Part shown: in pieces, positions 54,903 to 64,000 of the stretch
Numbering within the stretch: the first letter of the stretch is position 1
Layout: every line of letters begins with the position of its first letter
Position numbers and translations under genes: made by a program
Source of the DNA: an uncultured Candidatus Rokubacteria bacterium
GTDB taxonomy: Bacteria; Methylomirabilota; Methylomirabilia; Rokubacteriales; CSP1-6
NCBI GenBank assembly: GCA_963747235.1
Contig: CAVVEU010000040.1
Span: 256,001-320,000, forward strand
Reading direction: 5' to 3'
DNA: 64,000 nucleotides
The notes under the pieces: model-generated
Database searches by the model: none
Told to the model about the DNA's origin: nothing
What the model saw: the letters and a program-made list of their open reading frames with translations, nothing else

Positions 54903-55406
54903 GGCGCGGGTGTCGCGGGCAGTGCGGCGTGGAGCGCGGTGACGAACTCGTCGGGCGCGGCTCGGCGAGAGCACGACGAGGCCACCCCGAGTGTGGACGA
55001 ACACCAGGTCGTCGGTATTGGTGATCGCCAGATAGTGCCAGCCGGTGCGCGGGTTCCAGCGCGGCCCGTGCGAGCCGAAGAGGCCGTTGACGCCGGCGGA
55101 GAGCAGGCCGCCGATCGGGCGCGGCTCGCGGTCGCAGCCGGTGATGCGATCGTAGGGGATGAGCCGCCTCGCCCAGCGCCGCTCGAGGCGCAGGCCGCCT
55201 TCATCGAGCGTGTAGCCGCTCGGCGCGAAGCCCTGGATCATCCAGAGCGCGCCCAGGAACGGCAGCGGCAGGATGAGCAGGCTCGCGTCGCCGGAGCTGG
55301 CGACCAGCGCGACCGACAGGAGAAACGGCCCGCCGAAGCCGAGCCCGATGCCCACCACCCCGGCGAGGAGTCGCTGCTTTCGCCCGAGGACGGCCGGGAA
55401 GTGCAC
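54881..55406 (-). CDS. Membrane protein with bacterial PH-like domain (frameshift near 54957)
   Basis: Two TM helices, then GYTL..GLRLERR, GVNGLFG, VVLSP..PDEF. Confidence 0.7.
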
Positions 55407-55419
55407 GCGGCCTCCCCGG

Positions 55420-55845
55420 CTAGCGGGGGAAGATCTCGAGCGCGCCGAAGAAGTAGGGGATCTCGAAGGCGGCCGACTCGGGCGAGTCGGAGCCGTGGAC
55501 CGCGTTGGCCTCGATCGACGACGCGAAGTCCTTGCGAATCGTCCCCGCCGCGGCCTTGGCCGGATCCGTGGCGCCCATCAGCTCGCGCAGGCGCGTGATC
55601 GCGCTCTCGCCCTCGAGCACGATCGGCATGCACGGGCCCTGGGTCATGAACGCGCAGAGGCTCGCGTAGAACGGCCGCTCCTTGTGCACGATGTAGAAAC
55701 CGCCGGCCTGGGCCGCGCTCAGATGGATCAGCTTGGCGGCGAGCACCTTGAGGCCCTCCTGCTCGAAGCGGGCGATGATCTGCCCCGACACGCCCTTGGC
55801 GACGGCATCCGGCTTGATGATGGTGAGAGTGCGCTGGACGGCCAT
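55420..55845 (-). CDS. ndk: Nucleoside diphosphate kinase
   Basis: [22 protein letters not shown]. Confidence 0.95.
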   Translation of the reverse strand: MAVQRTLTIIKPDAVAKGVSGQIIARFEQEGLKVLAAKLIHLSAAQAGGFYIVHKERPFYASLCAFMTQGPCMPIVLEGESAITRLRELMGATDPAKAAAGTIRKDFASSIEANAVHGSDSPESAAFEIPYFFGALEIFPR

Positions 55846-55858
55846 CGCGGAGGGGTCC

Positions 55859-56737
55859 CTACCCTTTCTTGCCCACCACACGCGCCACGGTGGCGCCCAT
55901 GTCGGCGGGGCTCTTGACGGTGGTGATGCCGGCGGCCTCCATGGCGGCCATCTTCTCCGCGGCGGTGCCCTTGCCGCCCGCGATGATGGCGCCGGCGTGG
56001 CCCATGCGGCGGCCGGGCGGCGCGGTTTGACCACAGATGAACCCGACGACCGGCTTGGTGACGTGGGCCTTGATGTAGGCGGCAGCCTCTTCCTCGGCGG
56101 TGCCGCCGATCTCGCCGATCATCATGATCGAGGTCGTCTCGGGATCGGCCTGGAAGAGCTTCAGCACGTCGATGAAGTTGGTGCCGTTGACCGGGTCGCC
56201 CCCGATGCCGACGCAGGAGGACTGCCCGAGCCCGCGCTGGGTGAGCTGGTGGACGACCTCGTAGGTCAGCGTGCCGCTGCGCGAGACCACGCCCACGTTG
56301 CCGACCTTGTGGATGTGGCCCGGCATGATCCCGATCTTGGCCTGGCCCGGCGTGATCAGCCCCGGGCAGTTCGGCCCGATGAGGCGGCTCGAGGTGCGGG
56401 CGAGAAAGGCCTTCACGCGCACCATGTCCGCGACGGGCACGCCCTCGGTGATGCAGACGACGAGCGGCACGCCCGCGTCGGCCGCTTCCATCATGGCGTC
56501 GGCCGCGGCGGGCGGCGGCACGAAGATCAGCGCGCAGTCGGCGCCGGTGGCCTTGACCGCCTCCTCCACCGTGTTCCAGACCGCGAAGCCCTCGTGGGTC
56601 GTCCCGCCCTTGCCCGGCGTCACGCCACCCACCACCTGGGTGCCGTACTCCTTGCACCGCGCGGCGTGGAAGGCGCCCTCCTTGCCGGTGATGCCCTGCA
56701 CCAGCACCCGCGTGTTCTTGTCGACCAGGATGCTCAT
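55859..56737 (-). CDS. sucD: Succinyl-CoA synthetase alpha subunit
   Basis: [26 protein letters not shown]. Confidence 0.96.
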   Translation of the reverse strand: MSILVDKNTRVLVQGITGKEGAFHAARCKEYGTQVVGGVTPGKGGTTHEGFAVWNTVEEAVKATGADCALIFVPPPAAADAMMEAADAGVPLVVCITEGVPVADMVRVKAFLARTSSRLIGPNCPGLITPGQAKIGIMPGHIHKVGNVGVVSRSGTLTYEVVHQLTQRGLGQSSCVGIGGDPVNGTNFIDVLKLFQADPETTSIMMIGEIGGTAEEEAAAYIKAHVTKPVVGFICGQTAPPGRRMGHAGAIIAGGKGTAAEKMAAMEAAGITTVKSPADMGATVARVVGKKG

Positions 56738-56814
56738 CTATCTAGCCTTACCGCGATCTTTCTTCGGTTTGGCGGTTGGGCCTCTTCGCCCGGCGGGCTC
56801 ATCGGGGCGCCTGA

Positions 56815-57984
56815 TCATCGCGATGCCCCCCGCGCGAGCGCGACCACCTTCTGCGCGCCCTCGCCCATGTCGTTGACCATGACGAGGGCCAGGCCCGACT
56901 CGGCCAGCATCTTCTTGCCCTGCTCCACGTTGGTGCCCTCGGCGCGCAGCACCACCGGCAGCGTCAGGCCCAGCTTCTTGACCGCTGAGATGATGCCCTC
57001 GGCGAGCCGGTCCACCCGGAGGATCCCCCCGAAGACATTGATGAAGATCGCCTTCACGCTCGGTCCGACGAGATGATGCGGAAGGCGCTCTCGATCTGCT
57101 CGGGCGAGGCGCCGCCGCCCACGTCCAGGAAGTTGGCGGGCTCGCCGCCGGCCAGCTTGACGATGTCCATGGTGGCCATCGCGAGGCCCGCCCCGTTGAC
57201 CATGCAGCCCACGTTGCCGTCGAGCTTGATGTAGTTGAGGCCGTGCTTCGAGGCCTCCACGTCGAGCGGCGTCTCCTCGTTGATGTCGCGGAGCGCGACG
57301 ACGTCCTTGTGGCGGTAGAGCGCGTTGTCGTCGAAGTTGAGCTTGGCGTCGAGCGCCAGGACGCGCCCGTCCTTGGTGACCACCAGAGGGTTGATCTCGG
57401 CCAGCGAGCAGTCCTCGGTCGAGATAGGCCCGGAAGAGATTCATGATCAGGGCCACGCCCGCCTTGAACTGATCGCCCGTGAGCCCCAGGCCGAAGGCCA
57501 GGTTGCGGGCCTGGAAGGCCTGCAGCCCGAGCGCGGGGTCCGTCCACTCCCGGATGATCCGCTCCGGGTGCGTGGCCGCGACCTCCTCGATGTCCATGCC
57601 GCCGGCCTGCGAGGCCATCACCACGTGGGTGCCGCGGCCGCGGTCGAGCGTCATCGAGAGGTAGAGCTCGGTGGCGATCGGCGAGGCCTCCTCCACCAGC
57701 ACCTTGAGCACCTTGATGCCCTCGGGCGGGGTCTGCGGGGTCTTGAGCATCATGCCGAGGATCTGCTTGGCCGCGGCCTCGGCGCCCGCCGCGTCGTCGG
57801 CCAGCTTCACGCCGCCGGCCTTGCCGCGCCCGCCCGCGTGCACCTGGGCCTTCACCACGACTCGGCCGCCCAGCTTCTGGGCAATGGCGCGGGCCTGGGC
57901 CGGGGTCTCGGCCACGTCCCCGTTCGGCACGGGCACGCCGAACTCCTTCAGGATCGCCTTGCCCTGATACTCGTGGATCTTCAT
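56815..57984 (-). CDS. sucC: Succinyl-CoA synthetase beta subunit (frameshifted)
   Basis: [33 protein letters not shown]. Confidence 0.93.
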   Translation of the reverse strand: MKIHEYQGKAILKEFGVPVPNGDVAETPAQARAIAQKLGGRVVVKAQVHAGGRGKAGGVKLADDAAGAEAAAKQILGMMLKTPQTPPEGIKVLKVLVEEASPIATELYLSMTLDRGRGTHVVMASQAGGMDIEEVAATHPERIIREWTDPALGLQAFQARNLAFGLGLTGDQFKAGVALIMNLFRAYLDRGLLAGRDQPSGGHQGRARPGARRQAQLRRQRALPPQGRRRAPRHQRGDAARRGGLEARPQLHQARRQRGLHGQRGGPRDGHHGHRQAGRRRARQLPGRGRRRLARADRERLPHHLVGPSVKAIFINVFGGILRVDRLAEGIISAVKKLGLTLPVVLRAEGTNVEQGKKMLAESGLALVMVNDMGEGAQKVVALARGASR

Positions 57985-57988
57985 GCGA

Positions 57989-58744
57989 TCAGGGCGTCGC
58001 CTTCTTGTGGCCCCGGAGCTTCCGGACCACCCACACGATAGGATCGAAGTTGTCGGCCATCCGCTCCTTGAGCGGGATGATGCCGTTGTCGGTGATGTGG
58101 ATGTGCTCGGGGCAGACCTCGGTGCAGCACTTGGTGATGTTGCAGAGCCCGACCCCCGCCTGCTCGCGCATGAACTCGGTGCGGTCCCGGGTGTCGAGCG
58201 GGTGCATCTCGAGCCCGGCGATCTTGATGAAGAAGCGCGGGCCCGAGAAGCTCTTCTTCAGGTCGTGGTCGCGGATGACGTGGCAGACGTCCTGGCACAG
58301 GAAGCACTCGATGCACTTGTGGAATTCCTGGCCGCGATCGACGTCCTCCTGCATCATCCGGTACTTGCCGTCGGCATCCGGCGGCTTCAGTCGCAGCGGC
58401 GGCACCTGCTTGGCCTTCTCGTAGTTGTAGGAGACGTCGGTGACCAGGTCCCGGATCAACGGGAAGGCCCGGATGGGCGCCACCGAGATGGGTTCGCCCT
58501 CCTTGAAGATGTCCATCCGGGTCATGCACATGAGCCGGGGCTTGCCGTTGATCTCCGCGCTGCACGAGCCGCACTTGCCCGCCTTGCAGTTCCAGCGGCA
58601 GGCCAGGTCGTGGGCCTGGGTGGCCTGGATGCGGTGGATGACGTCGAGCACGACCATGCCCTCGCCGCCCTCGACCTGGTACTCCTTGAAGTCGCCGGCC
58701 TCCGGGCTGCCGCGGAACACGCGCATCGTGAAGGTCGTCGCCAT
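57989..58744 (-). CDS. sdhB: Succinate dehydrogenase/fumarate reductase iron-sulfur subunit
   Basis: CKAGKCGSC, CIECFLCQDVC, CNITKCCTEVCP. Confidence 0.92.
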   Translation of the reverse strand: MATTFTMRVFRGSPEAGDFKEYQVEGGEGMVVLDVIHRIQATQAHDLACRWNCKAGKCGSCSAEINGKPRLMCMTRMDIFKEGEPISVAPIRAFPLIRDLVTDVSYNYEKAKQVPPLRLKPPDADGKYRMMQEDVDRGQEFHKCIECFLCQDVCHVIRDHDLKKSFSGPRFFIKIAGLEMHPLDTRDRTEFMREQAGVGLCNITKCCTEVCPEHIHITDNGIIPLKERMADNFDPIVWVVRKLRGHKKATP

Positions 58745-60546
58745 CACTTTCTCTCCTGGAAGAGGGCCCGGAGCTCGGCGGGCATCTGGGGCAGCGGCTC
58801 GCGCCGGAGCTCGAGCGCGCCGTCGCGCTGGCGCAGCACCAGGTTGACGGTGCCCCACTGGTCGTCCGTGTACGGGTGGTCCTCGCGGGTGTGGCCTCCG
58901 CGGCTCTCCTTGCGCTCGAGCGCCGCCATCGCGCAGCACTCGGCCACCGTGAGCAGCGAGCCGAGGTCGAGCGCGGTGTGCCAGGCCGGGTTGTAGATTC
59001 GCCCGCCCTCCACGCGCACCTTCCCGGCGCGCTGCTTGAGCCCTTCGAGCTTCTTGAGGGCCTCCTTGAGCTCCGCCTCGACGCGGATGATCCCGACCAG
59101 GTTCTGCATCGTCTCCTGCAGATCGGCCTGGATCGAGTAGGGATTCTCGCTGCCGGTGCGGCTGAAGGGCTCGAGGATCTGCCGGGCGAGGGACTCCACC
59201 TGCCCCGAGTCCACCGCGATCTGCCCGCCCATGTTCTTGGCATAGAGTGCCGCGTGCAGTCCCGCGCGGCGGCCGAAAACCAGGAGATCCGAGAGTGAGT
59301 TGCCGCCGAGACGATTGGAGCCGTGGAGCCCGCCGGCCGCCTCGCCGGCCGCGAAGAGACCGGGCACCGTGGCGGCGGTGGAGTCGGCATCGACCCGCAC
59401 CCCGCCCATCACGTAGTGGCAGGTGGGCCCGACCTCCATCGGCTCCTTGGTGATATCCACGCCCGCCAGCTCCTTGAACTGATGGTACATGGACGGGAGC
59501 CGCTTCCGGATGTAGTCGACCGGCCGGCGCGAGGCGATGTCGAGGAAGACGCCGCCGTGCGGGCTTCCCCGACCGGCCTTCACCTCCGAGTTGATGGCGC
59601 GGGCGACCTCGTCCCGGGGCAGCAGGTCGGCGGTGCGGCGATTGTTCTTCTTGTCGGTGTACCAGCGGTCGGCTTCTTCTTCGTTGTCCGCGGTCTCTCC
59701 CTTGAAGAACTCGGGGATGTAGTTGAACATGAACCGCTCACCCTTGTTGTTCTTGAGCGTCCCGCCGTCACCCCGCACGCTCTCCGTCACCAGGATGCCG
59801 CGCACCGACGGGGGCCATACCATGCCCGTCGGGTGGAACTGGACGAACTCCATGTCGATCAGGTCCGCCCCCGCCCAGAGCGCCAGCGATTGGCCGTCGC
59901 CGGTGTACTCCCAGGAGTTGGAGGTGATCTTCCAGGCCTTGCCGATGCCGCCGGTGGCCAGCACCACCGCCTTGGCCTTGAAGAGGACGAACTTGCCGGT
60001 ATTGCGCCAGTAGCCGAAGGCGCCGGCGACGCGGTCGCCGTCCTTGAGCAGCCGCTCGATCTTGCACTCCATGTACACGTCGATGCCCTGGTGGATGCTG
60101 TGGTACTGGAGCGTGCGGATCATCTCGAGCCCGGTGCGGTCGCCCACGTGGGCCAGGCGCGCGTACCGGTGCCCGCCGAAATCACGCTGGAGGATGAGGC
60201 CGTCCTTGGTGCGGTCGAAGAGCGCGCCGTAGCGCTCCAGCTCCAGCACGCGGTCCGGCGCCTCCTGGGCGTGGAGCTGGGCCATGCGCCAGTTGTTGAG
60301 CATCTTGCCGCCGCGCATGGTGTCCCGGAAGTGGACCTGCCAGTTGTCCTCCGGGTAGACGTTGCCCATGGCCGCGGCGATGCCGCCCTCGGCCATCACG
60401 GTGTGGGCCTTGCCGAGGAGCGACTTGCAGACGAGCCCCACCGACGCGCCCTGAGCGGCCGCCTCGATGGCCGCCCGCAGGCCGGCGCCGCCCGCCCCGA
60501 TGACCAGGACGTCGTGCTCGTGCGTCTCGTATTCCACGGTCGCCAT
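58744..60546 (-). CDS. sdhA: Succinate dehydrogenase/fumarate reductase flavoprotein
   Basis: GAGGAG, KAHTVMAEGG, QFHPT, HYVMGG, HGSNRLGGNSL. Confidence 0.93.
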   Translation of the reverse strand: MATVEYETHEHDVLVIGAGGAGLRAAIEAAAQGASVGLVCKSLLGKAHTVMAEGGIAAAMGNVYPEDNWQVHFRDTMRGGKMLNNWRMAQLHAQEAPDRVLELERYGALFDRTKDGLILQRDFGGHRYARLAHVGDRTGLEMIRTLQYHSIHQGIDVYMECKIERLLKDGDRVAGAFGYWRNTGKFVLFKAKAVVLATGGIGKAWKITSNSWEYTGDGQSLALWAGADLIDMEFVQFHPTGMVWPPSVRGILVTESVRGDGGTLKNNKGERFMFNYIPEFFKGETADNEEEADRWYTDKKNNRRTADLLPRDEVARAINSEVKAGRGSPHGGVFLDIASRRPVDYIRKRLPSMYHQFKELAGVDITKEPMEVGPTCHYVMGGVRVDADSTAATVPGLFAAGEAAGGLHGSNRLGGNSLSDLLVFGRRAGLHAALYAKNMGGQIAVDSGQVESLARQILEPFSRTGSENPYSIQADLQETMQNLVGIIRVEAELKEALKKLEGLKQRAGKVRVEGGRIYNPAWHTALDLGSLLTVAECCAMAALERKESRGGHTREDHPYTDDQWGTVNLVLRQRDGALELRREPLPQMPAELRALFQERK

Positions 60547-61367
60547 CAGATGATCCTCCAGTCGCGGATGATCCCCATGGAGACCAGCCGGATGTAGAGA
60601 TCCGTCAGGCCCACGCTGAAGAGGGACAGCCAGGCGAACATCGGGTGCTTCTCGTTGAGCCGGGTGATCCCGCGCCACAGGCTATGCCGCACCGGAGCCT
60701 TCGAGAAGACGTCCACCACCCCGCCGCACACGTGCCGGCAGGAGTGGCAGGAGAACGTGTAGCCGGCCAGGAACACCACGTTGATCCACATCACGATGGT
60801 CCCGACCCCGATCCCGAAGCCGTCCTTGAAGCGGAAGGCCAGGATCGCGTCCCAGGTCAGCATCACGATGAACAGCACCGCCACGTACCAGGTGTAGCGG
60901 TGGAAGTTCTGGAGGAAGAGCGGGAAGCGCGTCTCCCCGGAGTATCCGGACTTGGCGTCCCGCACCGCGCAGGCCGCCGGGGCCAGCCAGAAGGAGCGGT
61001 AGTAGGCCTTGCGGTAGTAGTAGCAGGTGAGGCGGAAGAGGCCCGGGCCCCCCAGGATGAGGAACGCGGGCGACACCACGCCGATGATCGGGAACGTGAA
61101 GTCGGGCAGGGTCCACCCGCCGAAGCTGTGGTGCAGGCACGCCTTGGTGAGGCAGGGCGAGTAGAAGGGCGAGAGATACGGGTCCACGAAGTAGTGCGCG
61201 CCCTGGAACGCGGCCCACGTCGAGTAGACGATGAAGGACAGCAGGACCACCACCACCGTGAGCGGCAGCGCCCACCACGAATCCTTCCGCAGGTGCGCCG
61301 CCGCGATCGGCGGCCGCGCCTCCCCGAGGATCCGCCCGCCCTGCCTCTGCGCCGTTGCGCCGTTCAT
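60546..61367 (-). CDS. Succinate dehydrogenase membrane anchor (Rv0249c/Sdh1 type)
   Basis: YLSPFYSP, FRLTCYYYRKAYYRSF, CHSCRH motifs. Confidence 0.8.
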   Translation of the reverse strand: MNGATAQRQGGRILGEARPPIAAAHLRKDSWWALPLTVVVVLLSFIVYSTWAAFQGAHYFVDPYLSPFYSPCLTKACLHHSFGGWTLPDFTFPIIGVVSPAFLILGGPGLFRLTCYYYRKAYYRSFWLAPAACAVRDAKSGYSGETRFPLFLQNFHRYTWYVAVLFIVMLTWDAILAFRFKDGFGIGVGTIVMWINVVFLAGYTFSCHSCRHVCGGVVDVFSKAPVRHSLWRGITRLNEKHPMFAWLSLFSVGLTDLYIRLVSMGIIRDWRII

Positions 61368-61942
61368 GCGTTCTCCCTCGCGTAGGCCTTCATGCCGTCC
61401 TGGTAGAGATCGCCGCCGTGGCAGTCGTTGACCACGATGGCGGGGAACCCCGCGACCTCGAGCCGGCGGATGGCCTCGGTGCCCAGATCCTCGTAGGCCA
61501 CGATCTCGAGCTTCTTCACGAAGCCCGAGAGCACCGCGCCCGCGCCGCCGATGGCCCCGAAGTAGACGCCCTTGTGCTGGCGGAGCGCGTCCTTGACCGG
61601 CTGGGAGCGCACGCCCTTGCCGAGCGTGCCCTTGAGCCCCAGGGCCAGGAGCTTCGGGGTGAACTTGTCCATGCGCCCGCCGGTGGTGGGGCCGATGGAG
61701 CCCACCACGTCGCCGGGCCGCGCGGGCGAGGGCCCGGTGTAGTAGATGATCTGGCCCCGCACGTCGATGGGCAGCGGCTGGCCCGCGTCCATCAGCGGCA
61801 GCAGGCGCGCGTGCGCCGCGTCGCGCGCGGTGTACATCACCCCGGTGATGCGCACCCGGTCCCCCGCCTGGAGCGATTCGATGTCGGCGTCGCTGAGCGG
61901 CGGCGTGACGTCCTTGATCCCGTCCGCGCCGGTGGTGATCAT
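61364..61942 (-). CDS. Class I fumarate hydratase beta subunit
   Basis: TARDAAH, GPTT, GKG, EDLGTEA. Confidence 0.9.
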   Translation of the reverse strand: MITTGADGIKDVTPPLSDADIESLQAGDRVRITGVMYTARDAAHARLLPLMDAGQPLPIDVRGQIIYYTGPSPARPGDVVGSIGPTTGGRMDKFTPKLLALGLKGTLGKGVRSQPVKDALRQHKGVYFGAIGGAGAVLSGFVKKLEIVAYEDLGTEAIRRLEVAGFPAIVVNDCHGGDLYQDGMKAYARENA

Positions 61943-61953
61943 CGTCCCGCTCT

Positions 61954-62049
61954 CCCCTCTCCCCTCTGGGGAGAGGGCCAGGGTGAAGGGCTCGAACGCG
62001 CGAGCCCTTCCACCCTCACCCCTACCCTCTCCCTGGAAGGGAGAGGGGG
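61954..62049. repeat. REP-like composite palindrome (CCCTCTCCC family)
   Basis: ccctctcccc tct ggggagaggg ccagggtgaaggg ... ccctcacccctaccctctccc tggaa gggagaggg. Confidence 0.85.
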
Positions 62050-62058
62050 TCGGAACGC

Positions 62059-62901
62059 TCACAGCGAGACCTCCTTGTGGCGATGCGCGTGGCACTCGAT
62101 CGTCACCGCCACCGGCAGGCTCGTGATGTGGCAGGGGTACGTGAGGATGTGGATGCCGAACGCGGTGGTGTCGCCGCCGTAGCCCTGGGGCCCGATGCCG
62201 AGCCGGTTGGCGCGCTCGAGGACTTCATGCTCGATCGCCGCGACCGTCGGGTCCGGATTGGGCGCGCCCAGCTCGCGGAAGAGCGCCTTCTTGCTGAGCC
62301 GCGCGGCCTGCTCGAAGGTGCCGCCCACGCCGACGCCCGCGATCAGCGGCGGGCAGGCGTCGGGGCCCGCGGTGCGGATGCACTCGAGGATCCACTCCTT
62401 GACGCCGTCCACGCCCTCGGCGGGGGTGAGCATCTTGTACTTCGAGCGGTTCTCGCAGCCGCCCCCCTTGGCCATGATCTGGATGTGGAGCTCGCTGCCC
62501 GGCACCACGTCCAGGTGGATCACCGCCGGCGTGTTGTCGCCGGTGTTCACCCGGTCGAAGGGCGAGCGCACGATGGAGGCGCGGAGGTAGCCCTCCTTGT
62601 AGCCCTGGCGCACGCCCTCGTTGATGGCCTCGTAGAGGCCGCCGCCGGTGACGTGCACGTCCTGCCCCAGCTCGAGGAAGCAGACCACGAAGCCGGTGTC
62701 CTGGCAGTACGGGATCTTCTTGGTCCGCGCCAGCTCCGCGTTCTGCTGGAGGATCTGGAGCACCTGCCGCCCGGCCGGGGAGCGCTCGGTCTGGAGCGCG
62801 CCCGCGAAGGCCCGCAGCATGTCGGGCTCGAGCGAATAGTTCGCCTCCATGCAGAGCTTCTTGACCGCGTCGACGATCGCGGAGACGTGGATCTCGCGCA
62901 T
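62059..62901 (-). CDS. Class I fumarate hydratase alpha subunit
   Basis: CQDTG, KGGGCEN, CPP, CHAHRH. Confidence 0.92.
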   Translation of the reverse strand: MREIHVSAIVDAVKKLCMEANYSLEPDMLRAFAGALQTERSPAGRQVLQILQQNAELARTKKIPYCQDTGFVVCFLELGQDVHVTGGGLYEAINEGVRQGYKEGYLRASIVRSPFDRVNTGDNTPAVIHLDVVPGSELHIQIMAKGGGCENRSKYKMLTPAEGVDGVKEWILECIRTAGPDACPPLIAGVGVGGTFEQAARLSKKALFRELGAPNPDPTVAAIEHEVLERANRLGIGPQGYGGDTTAFGIHILTYPCHITSLPVAVTIECHAHRHKEVSL

Positions 62902-62910
62902 CGGATTCGG

Positions 62911-63843
62911 CTAGAGCTTGAGCTTGTCGACCAGCTCGCGCACCGCGGCGGCCGACTTGTCGAAGGCGGCCTGCTCGTCGGTCGGGAGCTTGATCTCGAT
63001 GATCTGCTCGACGCCCTTGCGGCCGAGCTTGACCGGCACGCCCACGTAGAGCCCCTTGGTGCCGTACTGGCCGGTCAGGTAGGCCGCGCAGGGCAGGATC
63101 TTCTTCTTGTCCTTGAGGATCGCCTCCACCATCTCCACCGCGGAGGCGGCCGGCGCGTAGTAGGCGCTGCCCGACTTGAGGAACGCCACGATCTCGGCCC
63201 CGCCGTTGGCGGTGCGCGTGACCAGGGCCTGGATCCGATCCGCCGGCAGCAGGTCCGTGATCGGGATGCCCGCCACCGTGGAGTAGCGCGGCAGCGGCAC
63301 CATGGTGTCGCCGTGGCCGCCCAGCACGAACGCGGTCACGTTCTCCACCGACACCTGCGAGCTCCTGGGCGATGAAGGTGCGGAAGCGCGCGGAGTCGAG
63401 CACCCCCGCCATGCCGATGACCCGCTCGGTGCGGGAAGCCCGACTTCTTCCAGGCGAGCTGCACCATGGCGTCGAGCGGGTTGGTGACCAGGATCAGGAT
63501 CGCGTTCTTCGAGCGGCTCACCACCTGCTCGACCACCGAGCCCACGATCTCCGCGTTCTTGAACAGGAGGTCGTCGCGGGTCATGCCCGGCTTCCGGGCC
63601 AGGCCCGCGGTGATCACCACGATGTCGGAGTCCGCCGTCTCGTCGTAGCCGTTGGTGCCGATCAGGCGGGAGTCGTAGCCGTGGATCGGGCCCGGCCTGG
63701 GCCAGGTCGAGCGCCTTGCCCTGCGGGATCCCCTCGACCACGTCCACCAGGACCACGTCGCCCAGCTCCCGCTCGACGGTGTACTGGGCGACGGAGGCGC
63801 CGACGTTGCCGGCGCCGATGACCGAGATCTTGGGCCGCGCCAT
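62911..63843 (-). CDS. mdh: Malate dehydrogenase (LDH-like; frameshifted)
   Basis: [32 protein letters not shown]. Confidence 0.93.
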   Translation of the reverse strand: MARPKISVIGAGNVGASVAQYTVERELGDVVLVDVVEGIPQGKALDLAQAGPDPRLRLPPDRHQRLRRDGGLRHRGDHRGPGPEAGHDPRRPPVQERGDRGLGGRAGGEPLEERDPDPGHQPARRHGAARLEEVGLPAPSGSSAWRGCSTPRASAPSSPRSSQVSVENVTAFVLGGHGDTMVPLPRYSTVAGIPITDLLPADRIQALVTRTANGGAEIVAFLKSGSAYYAPAASAVEMVEAILKDKKKILPCAAYLTGQYGTKGLYVGVPVKLGRKGVEQIIEIKLPTDEQAAFDKSAAAVRELVDKLKL

Positions 63844-64000
63844 TTACAGGCGTCTCCATGCTCTTGATGATGGCGGTGCCGAACTCCGAGCACTTCACTT
63901 CCTTGGCCCCGTCCATCAGTCGGGCCAGGTCGTAGGTCACGACCTTCTGGCCGATGGTCTTCTCGATGCCCGCGATGATCCGGTCGGCCGCCTCGTTCCA
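63844..64000 (-). CDS. icd: NADP isocitrate dehydrogenase, 3' end (partial)
   Basis: WNEAAD...VTYDLARLM...VKCSEFG. Confidence 0.88.

Noticed and set aside
54471-55406. Membrane-anchored ArfB fusion
   Set aside because: The duplicate copy shows the PH gene ends separately (PDEFV...RSS*); one extra base creates the apparent fusion

Overview
A very GC-rich bacterial chromosomal segment. Gene content and intergenic repeat families resemble Ca. Rokubacteria/Methylomirabilota, but this taxonomy is inference only. Many genes are split by single-base frameshifts, probably long-read indel errors. From left to right: (1) a sigma54-promoter-led secreted protein; (2) a large catabolic cluster: Liv-type ABC, xanthine-dehydrogenase-family Mo enzyme (L-M-S), Pot-type ABC and ComD/ComE-like decarboxylase, divergent from GntR, a cysteine-synthase-like PLP enzyme, a CoA-transferase, an LLM oxidoreductase and PxpA; (3) an RhaD-SDR/LLM/reductase/VOC/ThDP-enzyme/GT4 operon; (4) acyl-CoA ligase and dehydrogenases, DUF898+M48, Glt-type and Tau/Ssu-type ABC systems, biotin carboxylase/BCCP and a benzoate-CoA-ligase-family gene; (5) a rearranged accessory patch at about 46.3-53.2 kb; (6) a TCA operon icd-mdh-fumarase alpha/beta-sdh (mycobacterial Sdh1-like)-sucCD-ndk, followed by arfB. 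The best candidate for an undescribed system is in the accessory patch. It is a 1362-aa sigma54 enhancer-binding AAA+/HTH fused to a catalytically dead cyclase domain, a STAND NTPase and TPRs. It faces a small secreted four-cysteine protein across a spacer with a perfect 12-bp palindrome and a -24/-12-like promoter. Around it lie a likely inactive signal peptidase, DUF3455 and cydA gene scars, and a truncated arfB duplicate.
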